DNA of 64,000 nt from positions 29,409-93,408 of the forward strand of contig JBILQF010000003.1 in the NCBI GenBank assembly GCA_044373385.1, read 5' to 3'. The translations under genes were made by a program, and so were the position numbers. This document shows, one piece after another, positions 41,499-51,573 of the stretch. Numbering within the stretch: the first letter of the stretch is position 1; the number at the start of each line of letters is the position of its first letter. Origin of the DNA: Rhodoluna sp. (lineage in GTDB: Bacteria > Actinomycetota > Actinomycetes > Actinomycetales > Microbacteriaceae). The notes beneath the pieces are model-generated. The model ran no database searches. It was not told where the DNA came from and saw nothing but the letters and a program-made list of their open reading frames with translations.

Positions 41499-43142
41499 CT
41501 ACTTATCTGACTCGATGGCCTTCTGCACCTGAGCTTCTAGCTCGTGTGCATGATGTCTAGCCTGTTCGATTTCAGTCTTTGTTGCAGGTGTAATGCGGTC
41601 TTGGAAGTAGAAGCGTGATAGAGAAGATCTAACTCTCGCTCCGACAGTAATCTTTCCTTCGGCATTAGGTCTAGCCAGAGTCGGCTGGTAATCCTTGAAG
41701 TCAACGAGCTTGTAAAGCTCGTACTCATCAAGTGGCTCGTGAACTTCAATGTATTCACCATGAGGAAGTCTTACGATACGTCCTGATTCACGACCGTGGA
41801 TTGCAACTTCCTTGTCCTTACGCTGAAGGGCTAGACAGATTCGCTTTGTCACGATGAATGCAACTACAGGAAGAACTAGTAGAGAGATTTGCATGGACAC
41901 CAATACTTGGTTCAAGTTCATCTTGAAGTGGGTAGCAATCAAGTCCGTACTCGCACCAGCCCATAGAACCGCGTAGAACATTACACCGGCAGCACCGATA
42001 GCGGTTCTGGTAGGAGCGTTACGTGGACGGTCTAGCATGTGGTGTTCACGCTTGTCTCCAGTTACCCAGTTCTCAATGAATGGGTAGATAGCTACAAGAG
42101 CAAGGAACAACAAGCTCACAGTTAGTGGAATTAAGATGTTCATTGAAACCGTGTATTCACCAATCATGAACTCCATGCCGGTAGGAGCTAGACGAAGGGC
42201 TCCATCAAGCCAACCGATGTACCAGTCAGGTTGTGTACCAGCTGAAACAGGGGATGGGTCATAGCCACCGTAGTTCCAGATCGGGTTGATGGTGAAGAAG
42301 GTTGAGATAACCATGATCACACCGAATACGATGAAGAAGAATCCACCAGCCTTAGCAACGTAAACCGGCATTAGAGGGTAACCAACGATGTTGGTGTCTT
42401 TTCTACCTGGGCCTGAGAAGTGGGTGTGCTTGTGAATAATCAGCATGAATAAGTGCACAGCTAGGAATACAAGAATCAAAGCTGGGATGAGCATGATGTG
42501 CAGAGCATACAAACGGCCGATAACTACGTGTCCAGGGAACTCTCCACCGAAGAGTAGGGAAGAAATACCTGTTCCAATGAATGGAACACCCTTGATCATT
42601 CCGTCGATAATCCTTAGACCGTTACCTGAAAGAAGGTCATCTGGAAGTGAGTAACCGGTGAATCCACCAGCCATCGCTAGAACGAAAAGAACGAAACCAA
42701 CTACCCAGTTCAACTCACGAGGCTTACGGAACGCACCAGTGAAGAAGACTCTAAGCATATGTAGACCAGCAGCAGCTACGAATAGAAGAGCTGACCAGTG
42801 GTGAACTTGACGCATAAGCAATCCACCGCGGACTTCAAATGTTATGAACAAGCTTGACTCGTACGCCTTAGAAATCAGGGCTTCCTTGAGAGGTGCGTAG
42901 ACGCCATCGTATTTGACTAGAGCCATTGAAGGGTCGTAGAAGAAAGTTAGGAAAGTTCCTGAGAGAAGTAGTACGAAGAATGAATACATCGCAACTTCAC
43001 CGAGCATGAATGACCAGTGGTCAGGGAAGATCTTACGACCGAATTCCTTAAGAATTCCTGATGCTCCAACACGTTCATCAACGTAGTTTGCAGTACCTGC
43101 TAGGAAAGAGTTTTTCTGAGGTTTAGTCTGAGTAGTCGACAT
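41499..43142 (-). CDS. qcrB: Cytochrome bc1 complex cytochrome b subunit
   Basis: 547 aa polytopic protein with heme-ligand His pairs (RQVHHWSALL.., YALHIMLIP). ctaE-qcrCAB operon order. Confidence 0.9.
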   Translation of the reverse strand: MSTTQTKPQKNSFLAGTANYVDERVGASGILKEFGRKIFPDHWSFMLGEVAMYSFFVLLLSGTFLTFFYDPSMALVKYDGVYAPLKEALISKAYESSLFITFEVRGGLLMRQVHHWSALLFVAAAGLHMLRVFFTGAFRKPRELNWVVGFVLFVLAMAGGFTGYSLPDDLLSGNGLRIIDGMIKGVPFIGTGISSLLFGGEFPGHVVIGRLYALHIMLIPALILVFLAVHLFMLIIHKHTHFSGPGRKDTNIVGYPLMPVYVAKAGGFFFIVFGVIMVISTFFTINPIWNYGGYDPSPVSAGTQPDWYIGWLDGALRLAPTGMEFMIGEYTVSMNILIPLTVSLLFLALVAIYPFIENWVTGDKREHHMLDRPRNAPTRTAIGAAGVMFYAVLWAGASTDLIATHFKMNLNQVLVSMQISLLVLPVVAFIVTKRICLALQRKDKEVAIHGRESGRIVRLPHGEYIEVHEPLDEYELYKLVDFKDYQPTLARPNAEGKITVGARVRSSLSRFYFQDRITPATKTEIEQARHHAHELEAQVQKAIESDK

Positions 43143-44215
43143 TATTTGACACTCCTATCCCAGAATGATGGACCGACTGGTTCTAAGAAATCACTTTGTG
43201 CAACTAGGTAACCTTCGCTATCTACAGTAATTGGAAGCTGGGGAAGTGGTCTAGCTGCTGGACCGAAGATGACCTTGCAACCATCGATTAGATCGAATGT
43301 TGATTGGTGGCATGGGCATAGAAGGTGGTGGGTGTGTTGCTCGTAAAGAGCAACAGGGCAACCAACGTGAGTACAAATCTTTGAGTAGGCAACAATACCT
43401 TGGTAAGACCAACCCTTACGTTCATCAGTTTCTTTTAGCTCGCTTGGGTCAACACGAACAAGAAGAACAGCAGCTTTCGCTTTCTCTTCTAAGTAATCTT
43501 TTTGCGTTGGGTTTAGCCCAGCTGGAATGACTTGGAAAACAGAACCGAGAGTCACATCAGAAGCCTTGATTTCAATTCCGGTTGGATCCTTAGCAAGACG
43601 TGTTCCTGGCTTCCAGAATGTGTGTCTCAAGGAGTCACCAGGGTTTGGGCCAAGGTCAGCTAACAGGATAATTCCTGGGAATGGGAATAGAGCTAGAGAT
43701 CCGTAAAGGGTTCTGCGAATAAGTTTTCTTCTAGTGAAGCCCGACTCTTGGTTAGCTGCTGCAAGAATCTCTACTGCCGCAGCACGCTTTTCGTCTGACC
43801 CTCTAACAAGGTGACGGTCTTCAGATACTTCATTGTCAGGCATAAGAGTCTTGGCCCAGTGCACAGCACCAATACCAATTCCCATTAGACCTAGAGTCAT
43901 TCCGATACCTAGGTACATGGTGTTTAGACGTACTGATGATAGATCTTCTGACAGAGGGAAGTTGAAGTAAGCCCATAGTGCGAATGCGCTACCGAGCATT
44001 GAAAGAGTGAACAGGAGAGCGACTTGTCTAACCGCTGCCTTCTCGTGCTTCACACTCTTGTCAGTCATTCGAACGCGGTGTGGTTCTAGACCTGGGTCAG
44101 CAATAGCGTCACTGTTGACTACACGAAGGCCTAGCTCATACTCATGATCTGAGTAAGAACCAGTTGCTGAGGCAGCTGCCTTGCTTGTTTCTACTTCTTT
44201 CGAGTTGTCGCTCAT
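43142..44215 (-). CDS. qcrA: Cytochrome bc1 Rieske iron-sulfur subunit
   Basis: CTHVGCP...CPCHQSTF Rieske 2Fe-2S motifs and three N-terminal TMs. Confidence 0.9.
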   Translation of the reverse strand: MSDNSKEVETSKAAASATGSYSDHEYELGLRVVNSDAIADPGLEPHRVRMTDKSVKHEKAAVRQVALLFTLSMLGSAFALWAYFNFPLSEDLSSVRLNTMYLGIGMTLGLMGIGIGAVHWAKTLMPDNEVSEDRHLVRGSDEKRAAAVEILAAANQESGFTRRKLIRRTLYGSLALFPFPGIILLADLGPNPGDSLRHTFWKPGTRLAKDPTGIEIKASDVTLGSVFQVIPAGLNPTQKDYLEEKAKAAVLLVRVDPSELKETDERKGWSYQGIVAYSKICTHVGCPVALYEQHTHHLLCPCHQSTFDLIDGCKVIFGPAARPLPQLPITVDSEGYLVAQSDFLEPVGPSFWDRSVK

Positions 44216-44228
44216 TTAATCTCTTCTA

Positions 44229-45026
44229 TTAGTTTGACTTGGCTGCAAGCCAGACGGCGATGATGATAAGTAATCCAAGAAGACCAAACCAAGCGATCAG
44301 GCCTTCAGATACTGGTCCAAGACTTCCTAGTTCTTCACCACCAACTGAATCGTTGTTCTGAACGTAAGTCAGGTAGGTGATGATGTCGTTCTTTTGTTCT
44401 GGGGTGATGTTTGCGTCATTAAAAACTGGCATGTTCTGTGGACCAGTAACCATGGCTTCATAAATTGTTTTTGCAGAAGAATTCATTAGGTGTGGAGCGT
44501 ACTTACCTTGCGTAAGTGCACCACCTGCACCAGCTGCGTTGTGACACATTGCACAGTTAATTCTGAACAGTTCTCCACCTGCTGATGGATCACCATTTGC
44601 CTGGAGGTAAGCTGCATCTGGAATTGAAGGACCATCGCCTAGAGATCCGATGAAGGCAGCCATTGCTGCAATGTCTTCTTCAGTGAACTGAACTGGCTTT
44701 ACTTCTAGCTGAGGTCCGCTTGCCGCTCCTGGCATACGACCGGTTGAAACTTGGAAGTCTACTGAAGCTTCACCAACACCAATAAGGTTTGGACCGTTCT
44801 CAGTTCCTTCTGCATTTTTGCCGTGACATGATGCACAATTCGCAAGGAAAATCTTTTTACCAAGATCGATCTGTTCTTGAGTGCGAACTACTTCACGATT
44901 AGGAGAGACAGCTGCGCTAACTGTTGAGTAACCGGTTCCTACAACCAGCAGACCAGCAAACATGACAATACCTAGAGCCTTTGGACTGCGTCGCAATCCA
45001 TTTATCTTGCGCCTAAGTTGCTTCAT
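44229..45026 (-). CDS. qcrC: Diheme cytochrome c subunit of bc1 complex
   Basis: Two CxxCH motifs (CASCHG, CAMCHN) and a C-terminal TM anchor. Confidence 0.9.
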   Translation of the reverse strand: MKQLRRKINGLRRSPKALGIVMFAGLLVVGTGYSTVSAAVSPNREVVRTQEQIDLGKKIFLANCASCHGKNAEGTENGPNLIGVGEASVDFQVSTGRMPGAASGPQLEVKPVQFTEEDIAAMAAFIGSLGDGPSIPDAAYLQANGDPSAGGELFRINCAMCHNAAGAGGALTQGKYAPHLMNSSAKTIYEAMVTGPQNMPVFNDANITPEQKNDIITYLTYVQNNDSVGGEELGSLGPVSEGLIAWFGLLGLLIIIAVWLAAKSN

Positions 45027-45053
45027 TTATAGATTCAGCTCTTTCTTCTCTTT

Positions 45054-45671
45054 TTATTTCAAAACGTAAATGATGAGGAACAGACCAATCCAAACCACAT
45101 CCACAAAGTGCCAGTAGTAGGAGACGACGATTGCTGCTGTTGCCTCCTTGTGACCAAACTTCTTAGCGGCAAATGTTCTACCAATCACGAACAGGAAGGC
45201 AATCAAACCACCGGTCACGTGAAGAGCGTGGAAACCTGTCGTCATGTAGAAAGCAGAACCATAAGAATCGCTGCTGAGGGTTACACCTTCGCTGATTAGA
45301 ACTGCATACTCCCAAACCTGGCCAGCAACGAAAACAGCTCCTAGGACGTAGCTGATGATGAACCACTCAACCATTCCCCATTTGACAGGGGATTTTCCTG
45401 TAGATCTAGGCTGCATGCGCTCTGCAGCGAATACGCCGAACTGTGCGGTAAATGAGGATGCTACAAGGATCAAAGTGTTGATTAGAGCGAAGGGAACATT
45501 GAGAATTGACGCACCTTCAGCCCACATTTCAGGGGCATTGGCTCTCAAGCTGAAATACATAGCAAAAAGGGCAGCAAAGAACATAACTTCGCTACCAAGC
45601 CAGACTATTGTTCCTACAGAAGTAGGGCTTGGGCGGTGAATCTGCGCATGAGCTAGGGGAGCGGTCGACAT
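45054..45671 (-). CDS. ctaE: Cytochrome c oxidase subunit III
   Basis: 205 aa, 5 TM helices, [10 protein letters not shown] motif. Divergent from trpD, as in mycobacteria and corynebacteria. Confidence 0.9.
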   Translation of the reverse strand: MSTAPLAHAQIHRPSPTSVGTIVWLGSEVMFFAALFAMYFSLRANAPEMWAEGASILNVPFALINTLILVASSFTAQFGVFAAERMQPRSTGKSPVKWGMVEWFIISYVLGAVFVAGQVWEYAVLISEGVTLSSDSYGSAFYMTTGFHALHVTGGLIAFLFVIGRTFAAKKFGHKEATAAIVVSYYWHFVDVVWIGLFLIIYVLK

Positions 45672-45773
45672 GGTTTAATACTACCTGCCCAAATCGTTAT
45701 AAAGGCGTTGTTTCCCTTATCGTGGCGGAGATTTTAGACAGAATTGAAAATTCTGAGGGATAAACTTGTGGTC

Positions 45774-46853
45774 ATGAATGAAGCACTCAGTTGGTCAAGA
45801 ATCTTGCAAGAGTTACACAGCAAGAATAATCTGACCAAGCCTCAAGCAGTCTGGGCCATGGAACAGATTATGAGCGGGGAAGCAGATGAAGAGGACATGG
45901 CAGCCTTCCTAGTAGCACTGCGAACCAAAGGTGAAACACTGGACGAGATTTCAGGATTTGTAGATGTAATGCTGGCGAGTGCTTTACCTATGCCAATCTC
46001 AAATGACGCCATCGACATTGTAGGTACTGGTGGAGATCAGCTAGGAACAGTCAACATTTCCACCATGGCTGCAATCGTGACAGCAGCTTGTGGGTATCCA
46101 GTTCTCAAACACGGCAGCAGGTCAGCCTCTGGGAAGACAGGGTCTTCAGAGATGCTCGAAGCCCTAGGCATAAACCTGGAGCTCACACCAGAGCAACTGA
46201 ATCAGGTATTCGATAAGGCAAATATCGTATTCTTCTTTGCACCAAAGTTCCACCCCTCACTGAAGCACGTGGGTCCAACCAGGAAGAGGCTAGGAATCCC
46301 CACAACGTTCAACTTCCTAGGACCATTAGCCAACCCAGCCCAGCCAATAGCAACTGCTCTCGGGGTAGCAAACGCCTCAATGGCTCCATTGCTAGCCTCT
46401 GAACTGGCTGCAAGAGGTCGCACTGGCCTAGTTTTTCGAGGTTCAGACGGTCTAGACGAACTCACAACGACCGGTCCAAGCCAGATATGGGTCGTTTTTC
46501 AAGGCAAAGTGAGCCTGATTGACTTTGATCCAGCCGATATTGGCATCAAAAGAGCGTCTGTCGAACAGCTTTTAGGCGGTGATGCACAAGAAAATGCCGA
46601 TGTTGCTAAGGCTATCTTCGGCCTAAATACAGGCTTTGCGGGGAAGAAGGCTCCTATTCAGGACATTGTTGCCTTGAATGCAGCCGCTGGCATAACCGTC
46701 TACGAATTGAGCAAATTGTCATCCACTGATCAGTTCAACCTAAATGAATCATTGGCAAAGAACTTCGCATCCGCTCAACTTGCAATGCAAGATGGCAGAG
46801 CGTTGGCGAAGCTGAACCAGTGGGTTGAATTGAGTCAATCCTTCGGGGAGTAG
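45774..46853 (+). CDS. trpD: Anthranilate phosphoribosyltransferase
   Basis: AAFLVALRTKGET, DIVGTGGD, KHGSRSASGKTGSSE. I prefer the ATG at 45774 (MNEALSW..) over the upstream TTG at 45744. Confidence 0.9.
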   Translation: MNEALSWSRILQELHSKNNLTKPQAVWAMEQIMSGEADEEDMAAFLVALRTKGETLDEISGFVDVMLASALPMPISNDAIDIVGTGGDQLGTVNISTMAAIVTAACGYPVLKHGSRSASGKTGSSEMLEALGINLELTPEQLNQVFDKANIVFFFAPKFHPSLKHVGPTRKRLGIPTTFNFLGPLANPAQPIATALGVANASMAPLLASELAARGRTGLVFRGSDGLDELTTTGPSQIWVVFQGKVSLIDFDPADIGIKRASVEQLLGGDAQENADVAKAIFGLNTGFAGKKAPIQDIVALNAAAGITVYELSKLSSTDQFNLNESLAKNFASAQLAMQDGRALAKLNQWVELSQSFGE

Positions 46854-46920
46854 CCTTTTTGCAGAATAAAACCTTACTTGACATAATGTTCATTATCGGT
46901 GTTATGTCCAAAAGGATGAC

Positions 46921-47394
46921 CTAGGCGTAGAACTTGTTCCTAAGCCAACTCCTTAGCTCATGTGGTGCCAAGGGTTCGTTGCTCTCCAGAATCTCTTCTA
47001 CAGTCCACCAACGATATTCCAGAATGTCTCGCAGTTCGTCTTGAGTGAATCCAGATGTATCTGCTTGAAAGTTTTGAACTTTGAGTTCATAGATCGTGTC
47101 TGTGTATGTGTGGTAATTCAGACCATCGGCCCAGTCCCAACGCCCAGATGCAACCAGAACGGGTTCTCCCAAAACGTCTGGGCTAACTCTCATTCCAGTT
47201 TCCTCAAAAAGCTCTCTGACAGCTGCATGGAGTGTTGATTCTCCAGAATCGATTCCGCCACCTGGTGTGAGCCATCTTGGCGGTAAACCAACCTCGGGAT
47301 CAAAGTGTGTTTTTAGCAAAAAAATGCGATTTTGCTCATCAACGAGCATAATTCTTGCCGTATCACGATGCTTTACATGCGTTTTGTCGGTCAT
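46921..47394 (-). CDS. NUDIX hydrolase
   Basis: Nudix box GGGIDSGESTLHAAVRELFEETG. Confidence 0.85.
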   Translation of the reverse strand: MTDKTHVKHRDTARIMLVDEQNRIFLLKTHFDPEVGLPPRWLTPGGGIDSGESTLHAAVRELFEETGMRVSPDVLGEPVLVASGRWDWADGLNYHTYTDTIYELKVQNFQADTSGFTQDELRDILEYRWWTVEEILESNEPLAPHELRSWLRNKFYA

Positions 47395-48023
47395 TTTGTG
47401 AGGTTTGCTCCATTTTCAGTTCTTTTTGGGTCGAAGCCGAACATTTTCATGGACTGTTGCATCAAATAGCCGATAGAAACAGCAAAAAGGGCAGTACCTA
47501 TTCCCACAGTGCCTCCTAGAAGCCATCCTGAAGCCAAGACCAATGTCTCCCCTATAGTTCTAATAATCCAGAAAGGCCAGCCGCTTACTCGCGTGAGTCC
47601 GACCATAAGGCCATCTCTAGGTCCAGCTCCTAAATTGCCGGAAATGTAAAGCCCCGATCCAGCAGCGACGATAATTAGAGCAAGTACTAGCCATAAAAGA
47701 TTCGGGATAAAACCTTCTAGTCGAGGCATTAGAGGCTCACTGAGGTCAGCGCATGGACCTATGAGCAGGGCGTTTATGAAAGTGCCGATACCCGGTTGCT
47801 GTTTGATTGGGATCCAAAGCATTAAGACAAAAGCACTCGTAACGATTGCGCTGACACCAAAAGACCAACCTGTCTGAACCTGGATACCTTGAGACAAAAC
47901 ATCCCATGGCGGCACACCGAGTCCGGTGTGAATCATCATTGCTAATCCCAAACCAACCAGATACACACCTACGAGCAATCTGGCAATAGGTTTGATTCCG
48001 AGGTTAGCTAGAGAATTTTTCAC
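47391..48023 (-). CDS. Membrane protein, YczE/YitT-like (function unknown)
   Basis: About 5-6 TM helices. GLGVPPWDVLSQG motif resembles the YczE family. Its stop overlaps the NUDIX start (ATGA). Confidence 0.45.
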   Translation of the reverse strand: MKNSLANLGIKPIARLLVGVYLVGLGLAMMIHTGLGVPPWDVLSQGIQVQTGWSFGVSAIVTSAFVLMLWIPIKQQPGIGTFINALLIGPCADLSEPLMPRLEGFIPNLLWLVLALIIVAAGSGLYISGNLGAGPRDGLMVGLTRVSGWPFWIIRTIGETLVLASGWLLGGTVGIGTALFAVSIGYLMQQSMKMFGFDPKRTENGANLTK

Positions 48024-48061
48024 AGAGCAAGCCTAGCCTTTGCCGATTTTAGGAGCGACAT

Positions 48062-48820
48062 TTGCAACAACACGAGTACTTCGATGTGAACACTCCAGTT
48101 GTGCTTGCTCATCGTGGCGGTTCGACATTCACCGAAAACACTCTAGAAGCGTTCAAAGATGCAGAGCGAGCCGGTGTGTTCAGCATCGAAACCGATGTGA
48201 GAACAACAAAAGACAAAGTTGCAATTTTGTTCCACGACGCAGATCTCCTGAGAGTTGCAGGATTAGCCAACAAAATATCAGATACAAGCTTTTCTTACAT
48301 TCAAAACATTGCACTTACTAGAGGTGGCAGAGTTCCCACACTCGTTGAGGCACTCGAGGCACTCCCCCTGATGCGATTCAATCTAGACATTAAAGATGTG
48401 GAGTCCGTTCAATCTACTGCAGCAGCAATAGAACTAACCAAGTCACATAACAGAGTCTTAGTTTCAAGCTTCAGTGAAAAGAGAAGAGTTGATGCTCTTG
48501 CTTTGCTTTCAAAACCCGTGGCAACTTCAGCAAGTGCTTCAATCGTCATTAGCAGCTGGGTGATGCACGTTCTACATCTCCCCCAGAGGCTGATTGAAAG
48601 AAAGCTGAGAGGAATAGGTGCACTGCAGATTCCTAGATCGATGTATGGAATCAAATTAGATTCAATTTCTTTCATTGCCAAGATTCGAAGAACCGGTACG
48701 CACGTGCATTACTGGACAATAAACAATCCACAAGAGATGTTGGAACTCACCAAGCGAGGTGCAACTGGAATAGTCTCAGATGTGCCAGAGTTAGCAGTTC
48801 AAACACTGTTAAAACCCTGA
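48062..48820 (+). CDS. Glycerophosphodiester phosphodiesterase family protein
   Basis: VLAHRGG..ENTLEAF..ETDVRTTKDKVAILFHD GDPD motifs. Confidence 0.85.
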   Translation: MQQHEYFDVNTPVVLAHRGGSTFTENTLEAFKDAERAGVFSIETDVRTTKDKVAILFHDADLLRVAGLANKISDTSFSYIQNIALTRGGRVPTLVEALEALPLMRFNLDIKDVESVQSTAAAIELTKSHNRVLVSSFSEKRRVDALALLSKPVATSASASIVISSWVMHVLHLPQRLIERKLRGIGALQIPRSMYGIKLDSISFIAKIRRTGTHVHYWTINNPQEMLELTKRGATGIVSDVPELAVQTLLKP

Positions 48821-48899
48821 GTTTGGGAAGCATTCGCTAAGTCATTCGCTTATCTTCTATGTACCACCTGTGCAACAAAGAGAGATAAGGAATTTCACA

Positions 48900-49271
48900 A
48901 TGGCTCAACAATCAATGCGTGGCATGAGACTAGGTTCAGAGAGCTTCGAGACTGCAGCTGGAGTGAACCTCTCCCCTAGAAACACACACAAGTATCGCTG
49001 TGCGAAAGATCACATCTCTGAGGTTATCTTTGCTGAAGAAGCAGAGGTGCCTGCCGCATGGAACTGCAAGTCTTGTTCTCTTGAAGCTGCTTTGTTGGAT
49101 GAAGCAGGGAACCAGGCATTTGAAACGGAGCTTCCGAAAGTTCCTAGAACTCATTACGAGATGCTTCTTGAAAGAAGAACTCGCGTTGAGTTGGAAGAGA
49201 TCTTGGAAGAGCGACTAGGTGAACTAAAAGCAAGACGTTCTAGAGGTCAGGCAGACACAACTAAAAATTAG
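48900..49271 (+). CDS. rbpA: RNA polymerase-binding protein RbpA
   Basis: MRGMRLGSESFE..., C-H-C-C putative zinc ligands (YRCAKDH..NCKSC), C-terminal sigma-interaction helix PRTHYEMLLERRT. I chose the ATG at 48900 over the upstream start at 48870. Confidence 0.85.
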   Translation: MAQQSMRGMRLGSESFETAAGVNLSPRNTHKYRCAKDHISEVIFAEEAEVPAAWNCKSCSLEAALLDEAGNQAFETELPKVPRTHYEMLLERRTRVELEEILEERLGELKARRSRGQADTTKN

Positions 49272-49981
49272 TTTCTTCGGAGAAATCTTCTGATTCCGAA
49301 CTTTGTCATGAGAACAAGAGCTTCGAGCACAATAGCTCTACTCATCTTTGAGTCGCCAACTTCGCGTTCAATAAAAACAATCGGTACTTCTACAGTTCTA
49401 CCGCCTTGTTGTATTGTGCGGTAAGCCATTTCAATCTGGAATGAATATCCTCTTGAGTTAATGTTTTCCAAGTTCATTCCTCTAAGAAATGGAACACTAA
49501 AGACTCTGAAACCAGCAGTCATGTCGTTGAGCTTTGTTCCCAACATCAACTTGGCAAAGAAGTTTCCTCCTTTAGATAACCACTGCCTGTGCAGAGACCA
49601 GTTCTCTGTGCTCCCGCCCTTTACATATCTTGAGCCGATTACGAGGTCATTGGATTCACAAACAGCCAGTAGTTTTGGAAGATCTTGTGCTCTGTGGCTA
49701 CCATCTGCATCCATTTCAACAACAAAGTCATAGCCTGACGCAAATGCATACTTGAATCCTGCAATGTATGCAGCTCCTAAACCCTGCTTCTCTTTGCGAT
49801 GCATTACTTTGATGCGCGAGCTTGTAGAAGCTAATTGATCGGCTAACACCCCAGTGCCATCAGGGCTGTCGTCATCAACAATAATTAAGTCAACAGTTGC
49901 GTTGTATTTGAAAAGCTCTTCCACCGCATGATGTATGTTGCCAGCTTCATTGAAGGTTGGCATGATGATTAGAACCTTCAA
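49268..49981 (-). CDS. ppm1: Polyprenol-phosphate mannose synthase (GT2)
   Basis: IIMPTFNEAGNI, VDDDSPDGT, DADGSH GT2 motifs. 4 nt overlap with the upstream lnt. Confidence 0.85.
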   Translation of the reverse strand: MKVLIIMPTFNEAGNIHHAVEELFKYNATVDLIIVDDDSPDGTGVLADQLASTSSRIKVMHRKEKQGLGAAYIAGFKYAFASGYDFVVEMDADGSHRAQDLPKLLAVCESNDLVIGSRYVKGGSTENWSLHRQWLSKGGNFFAKLMLGTKLNDMTAGFRVFSVPFLRGMNLENINSRGYSFQIEMAYRTIQQGGRTVEVPIVFIEREVGDSKMSRAIVLEALVLMTKFGIRRFLRRN

Positions 49982-51570
49982 GAACGTCGTGCTTTCAATC
50001 GTCTAATGCTTAGTCCGATGAATGAAATTGGAAAGAGTATAAGGCTGATCGCAAATGTCAGCGGTTCAATAAGACCACCAAACATAACTGCAGGAGTAAT
50101 CTCATTACGCAAAGCAATCTCTTCAACCATGGCCCCTGGTTTGAAGGATTCAAGTTCTGTGATTACAGATCCATCAGCAGCATAAATACCTGAGACTCCA
50201 ACAGTAGAAATCGCGACGACCGTACGTCCGGTTTCAATTGCTCTCATCCTAGAAATTGCAGCTTGCTGTACACCTTGTTCGCTTCTACCAAAGTCAGAAC
50301 TGTTGGTTTGAATCATGATGGCCTGAGCACCTTGATTCACCAAATCATGCGAGAGGTAATCGAAGGCAACTTCGAAGCAGATGAGTGAACCTACTTTTGT
50401 TCCGTTAGGTAGTTCGAAGATTCCATCTCTGGTACCCGAACTCATGTCCCAGCCAATCAAACCAATTAGATCTGGTGCTAGTGCCATGAAGAATGGTCTG
50501 TCCGGAACGTATTCACCAAAAGGAACGGGACGTATCTTGTGGTAGTAATCAGCGAGACCGGTTTCTGGTAACCAGAGATCAACTTCGTTATAGAAATCTT
50601 CACCTCTAAAGGTTTTAGTACCGAATAGAAGTGGAGCTTTGAGCTCTTCAGTTACAAACTGACTTATCTTCATTCCTGGCTCAACCATGGTGTTCGGATC
50701 TAGGTCTGATGAGTTCTCAGGCCAAACCATGAGATCTAAGCCCTCTCCCCTACCTGATGCGACTAAATCCTTAGACACTACTAAGTGTTTGTCGAGAATG
50801 GAACCGGCAGGATTTACTGCGAACAAACCTGCGTTGGCATTACCTTGGACTGCGGCGACCTTCATAGTTCCTGCTGTTCCAGAAGCATCGAGTGTAACTA
50901 CAGCTGGAGTTCCAAAGAAAAGTAATGTAGCAATTCCAGTTGGAATCAAAATCCTTGAACGTTTATATAATCCGATGCCGTGCGGTTGGTGTTTAGCAAA
51001 CCTAATTGTGAAAAGAGCTGTGATGAATACGATGAGCCAGGTGAGGCCTGCAACGTCAACGAAGTAAACCCACTTCGCTAGATAGGTGTCGACGAGTGAT
51101 AGTCCGCCTCTAGCCCAAGGTAGTCCTCCGTATGGGAATACACCAGCTACATACTCACGGGCTGTGAAGATTGATGCTAGAGCAAATGCAATAACAAAAG
51201 GCTGCGATCCACGAAGGTTCAGAGTTGCAAGATACCGCCAAACAACCGCAGCGACTGCTGCTGCTAGGCCAAAGATAAGTGCAGAGATTAGTGATCCTGC
51301 AAACCATGGAACTGGTCCAAGGTATGTTGTCAGCCATTTCAACAGGATTCCAAAGAATGCAAATCCTGCCAAGGTTCCAACAATGAATGCCTTGAAGAAT
51401 CCAAGTAGTCGAATTGAAACAAGAATCAGAAAGTAGCCGATGAAAATGCCAGGCCAGAAGTTGAATGCTGGATAGCTCAAAGCTATAAATGCTCCGCCGA
51501 CAGAGCCAACTAAGGCTCTCCCCCAGATAGAGGTGGACAGCCTTAGCCAATTCATGATTAAAGTGAACAC
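49978..51570 (-). CDS. lnt: Apolipoprotein N-acyltransferase
   Basis: Multi-TM N-terminus plus C-N hydrolase domain with the E-K-C triad context (VWPENS, LICFE). Confidence 0.85.
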   Translation of the reverse strand: MFTLIMNWLRLSTSIWGRALVGSVGGAFIALSYPAFNFWPGIFIGYFLILVSIRLLGFFKAFIVGTLAGFAFFGILLKWLTTYLGPVPWFAGSLISALIFGLAAAVAAVVWRYLATLNLRGSQPFVIAFALASIFTAREYVAGVFPYGGLPWARGGLSLVDTYLAKWVYFVDVAGLTWLIVFITALFTIRFAKHQPHGIGLYKRSRILIPTGIATLLFFGTPAVVTLDASGTAGTMKVAAVQGNANAGLFAVNPAGSILDKHLVVSKDLVASGRGEGLDLMVWPENSSDLDPNTMVEPGMKISQFVTEELKAPLLFGTKTFRGEDFYNEVDLWLPETGLADYYHKIRPVPFGEYVPDRPFFMALAPDLIGLIGWDMSSGTRDGIFELPNGTKVGSLICFEVAFDYLSHDLVNQGAQAIMIQTNSSDFGRSEQGVQQAAISRMRAIETGRTVVAISTVGVSGIYAADGSVITELESFKPGAMVEEIALRNEITPAVMFGGLIEPLTFAISLILFPISFIGLSIRRLKARRS

Positions 51571-51573
51571 TCT

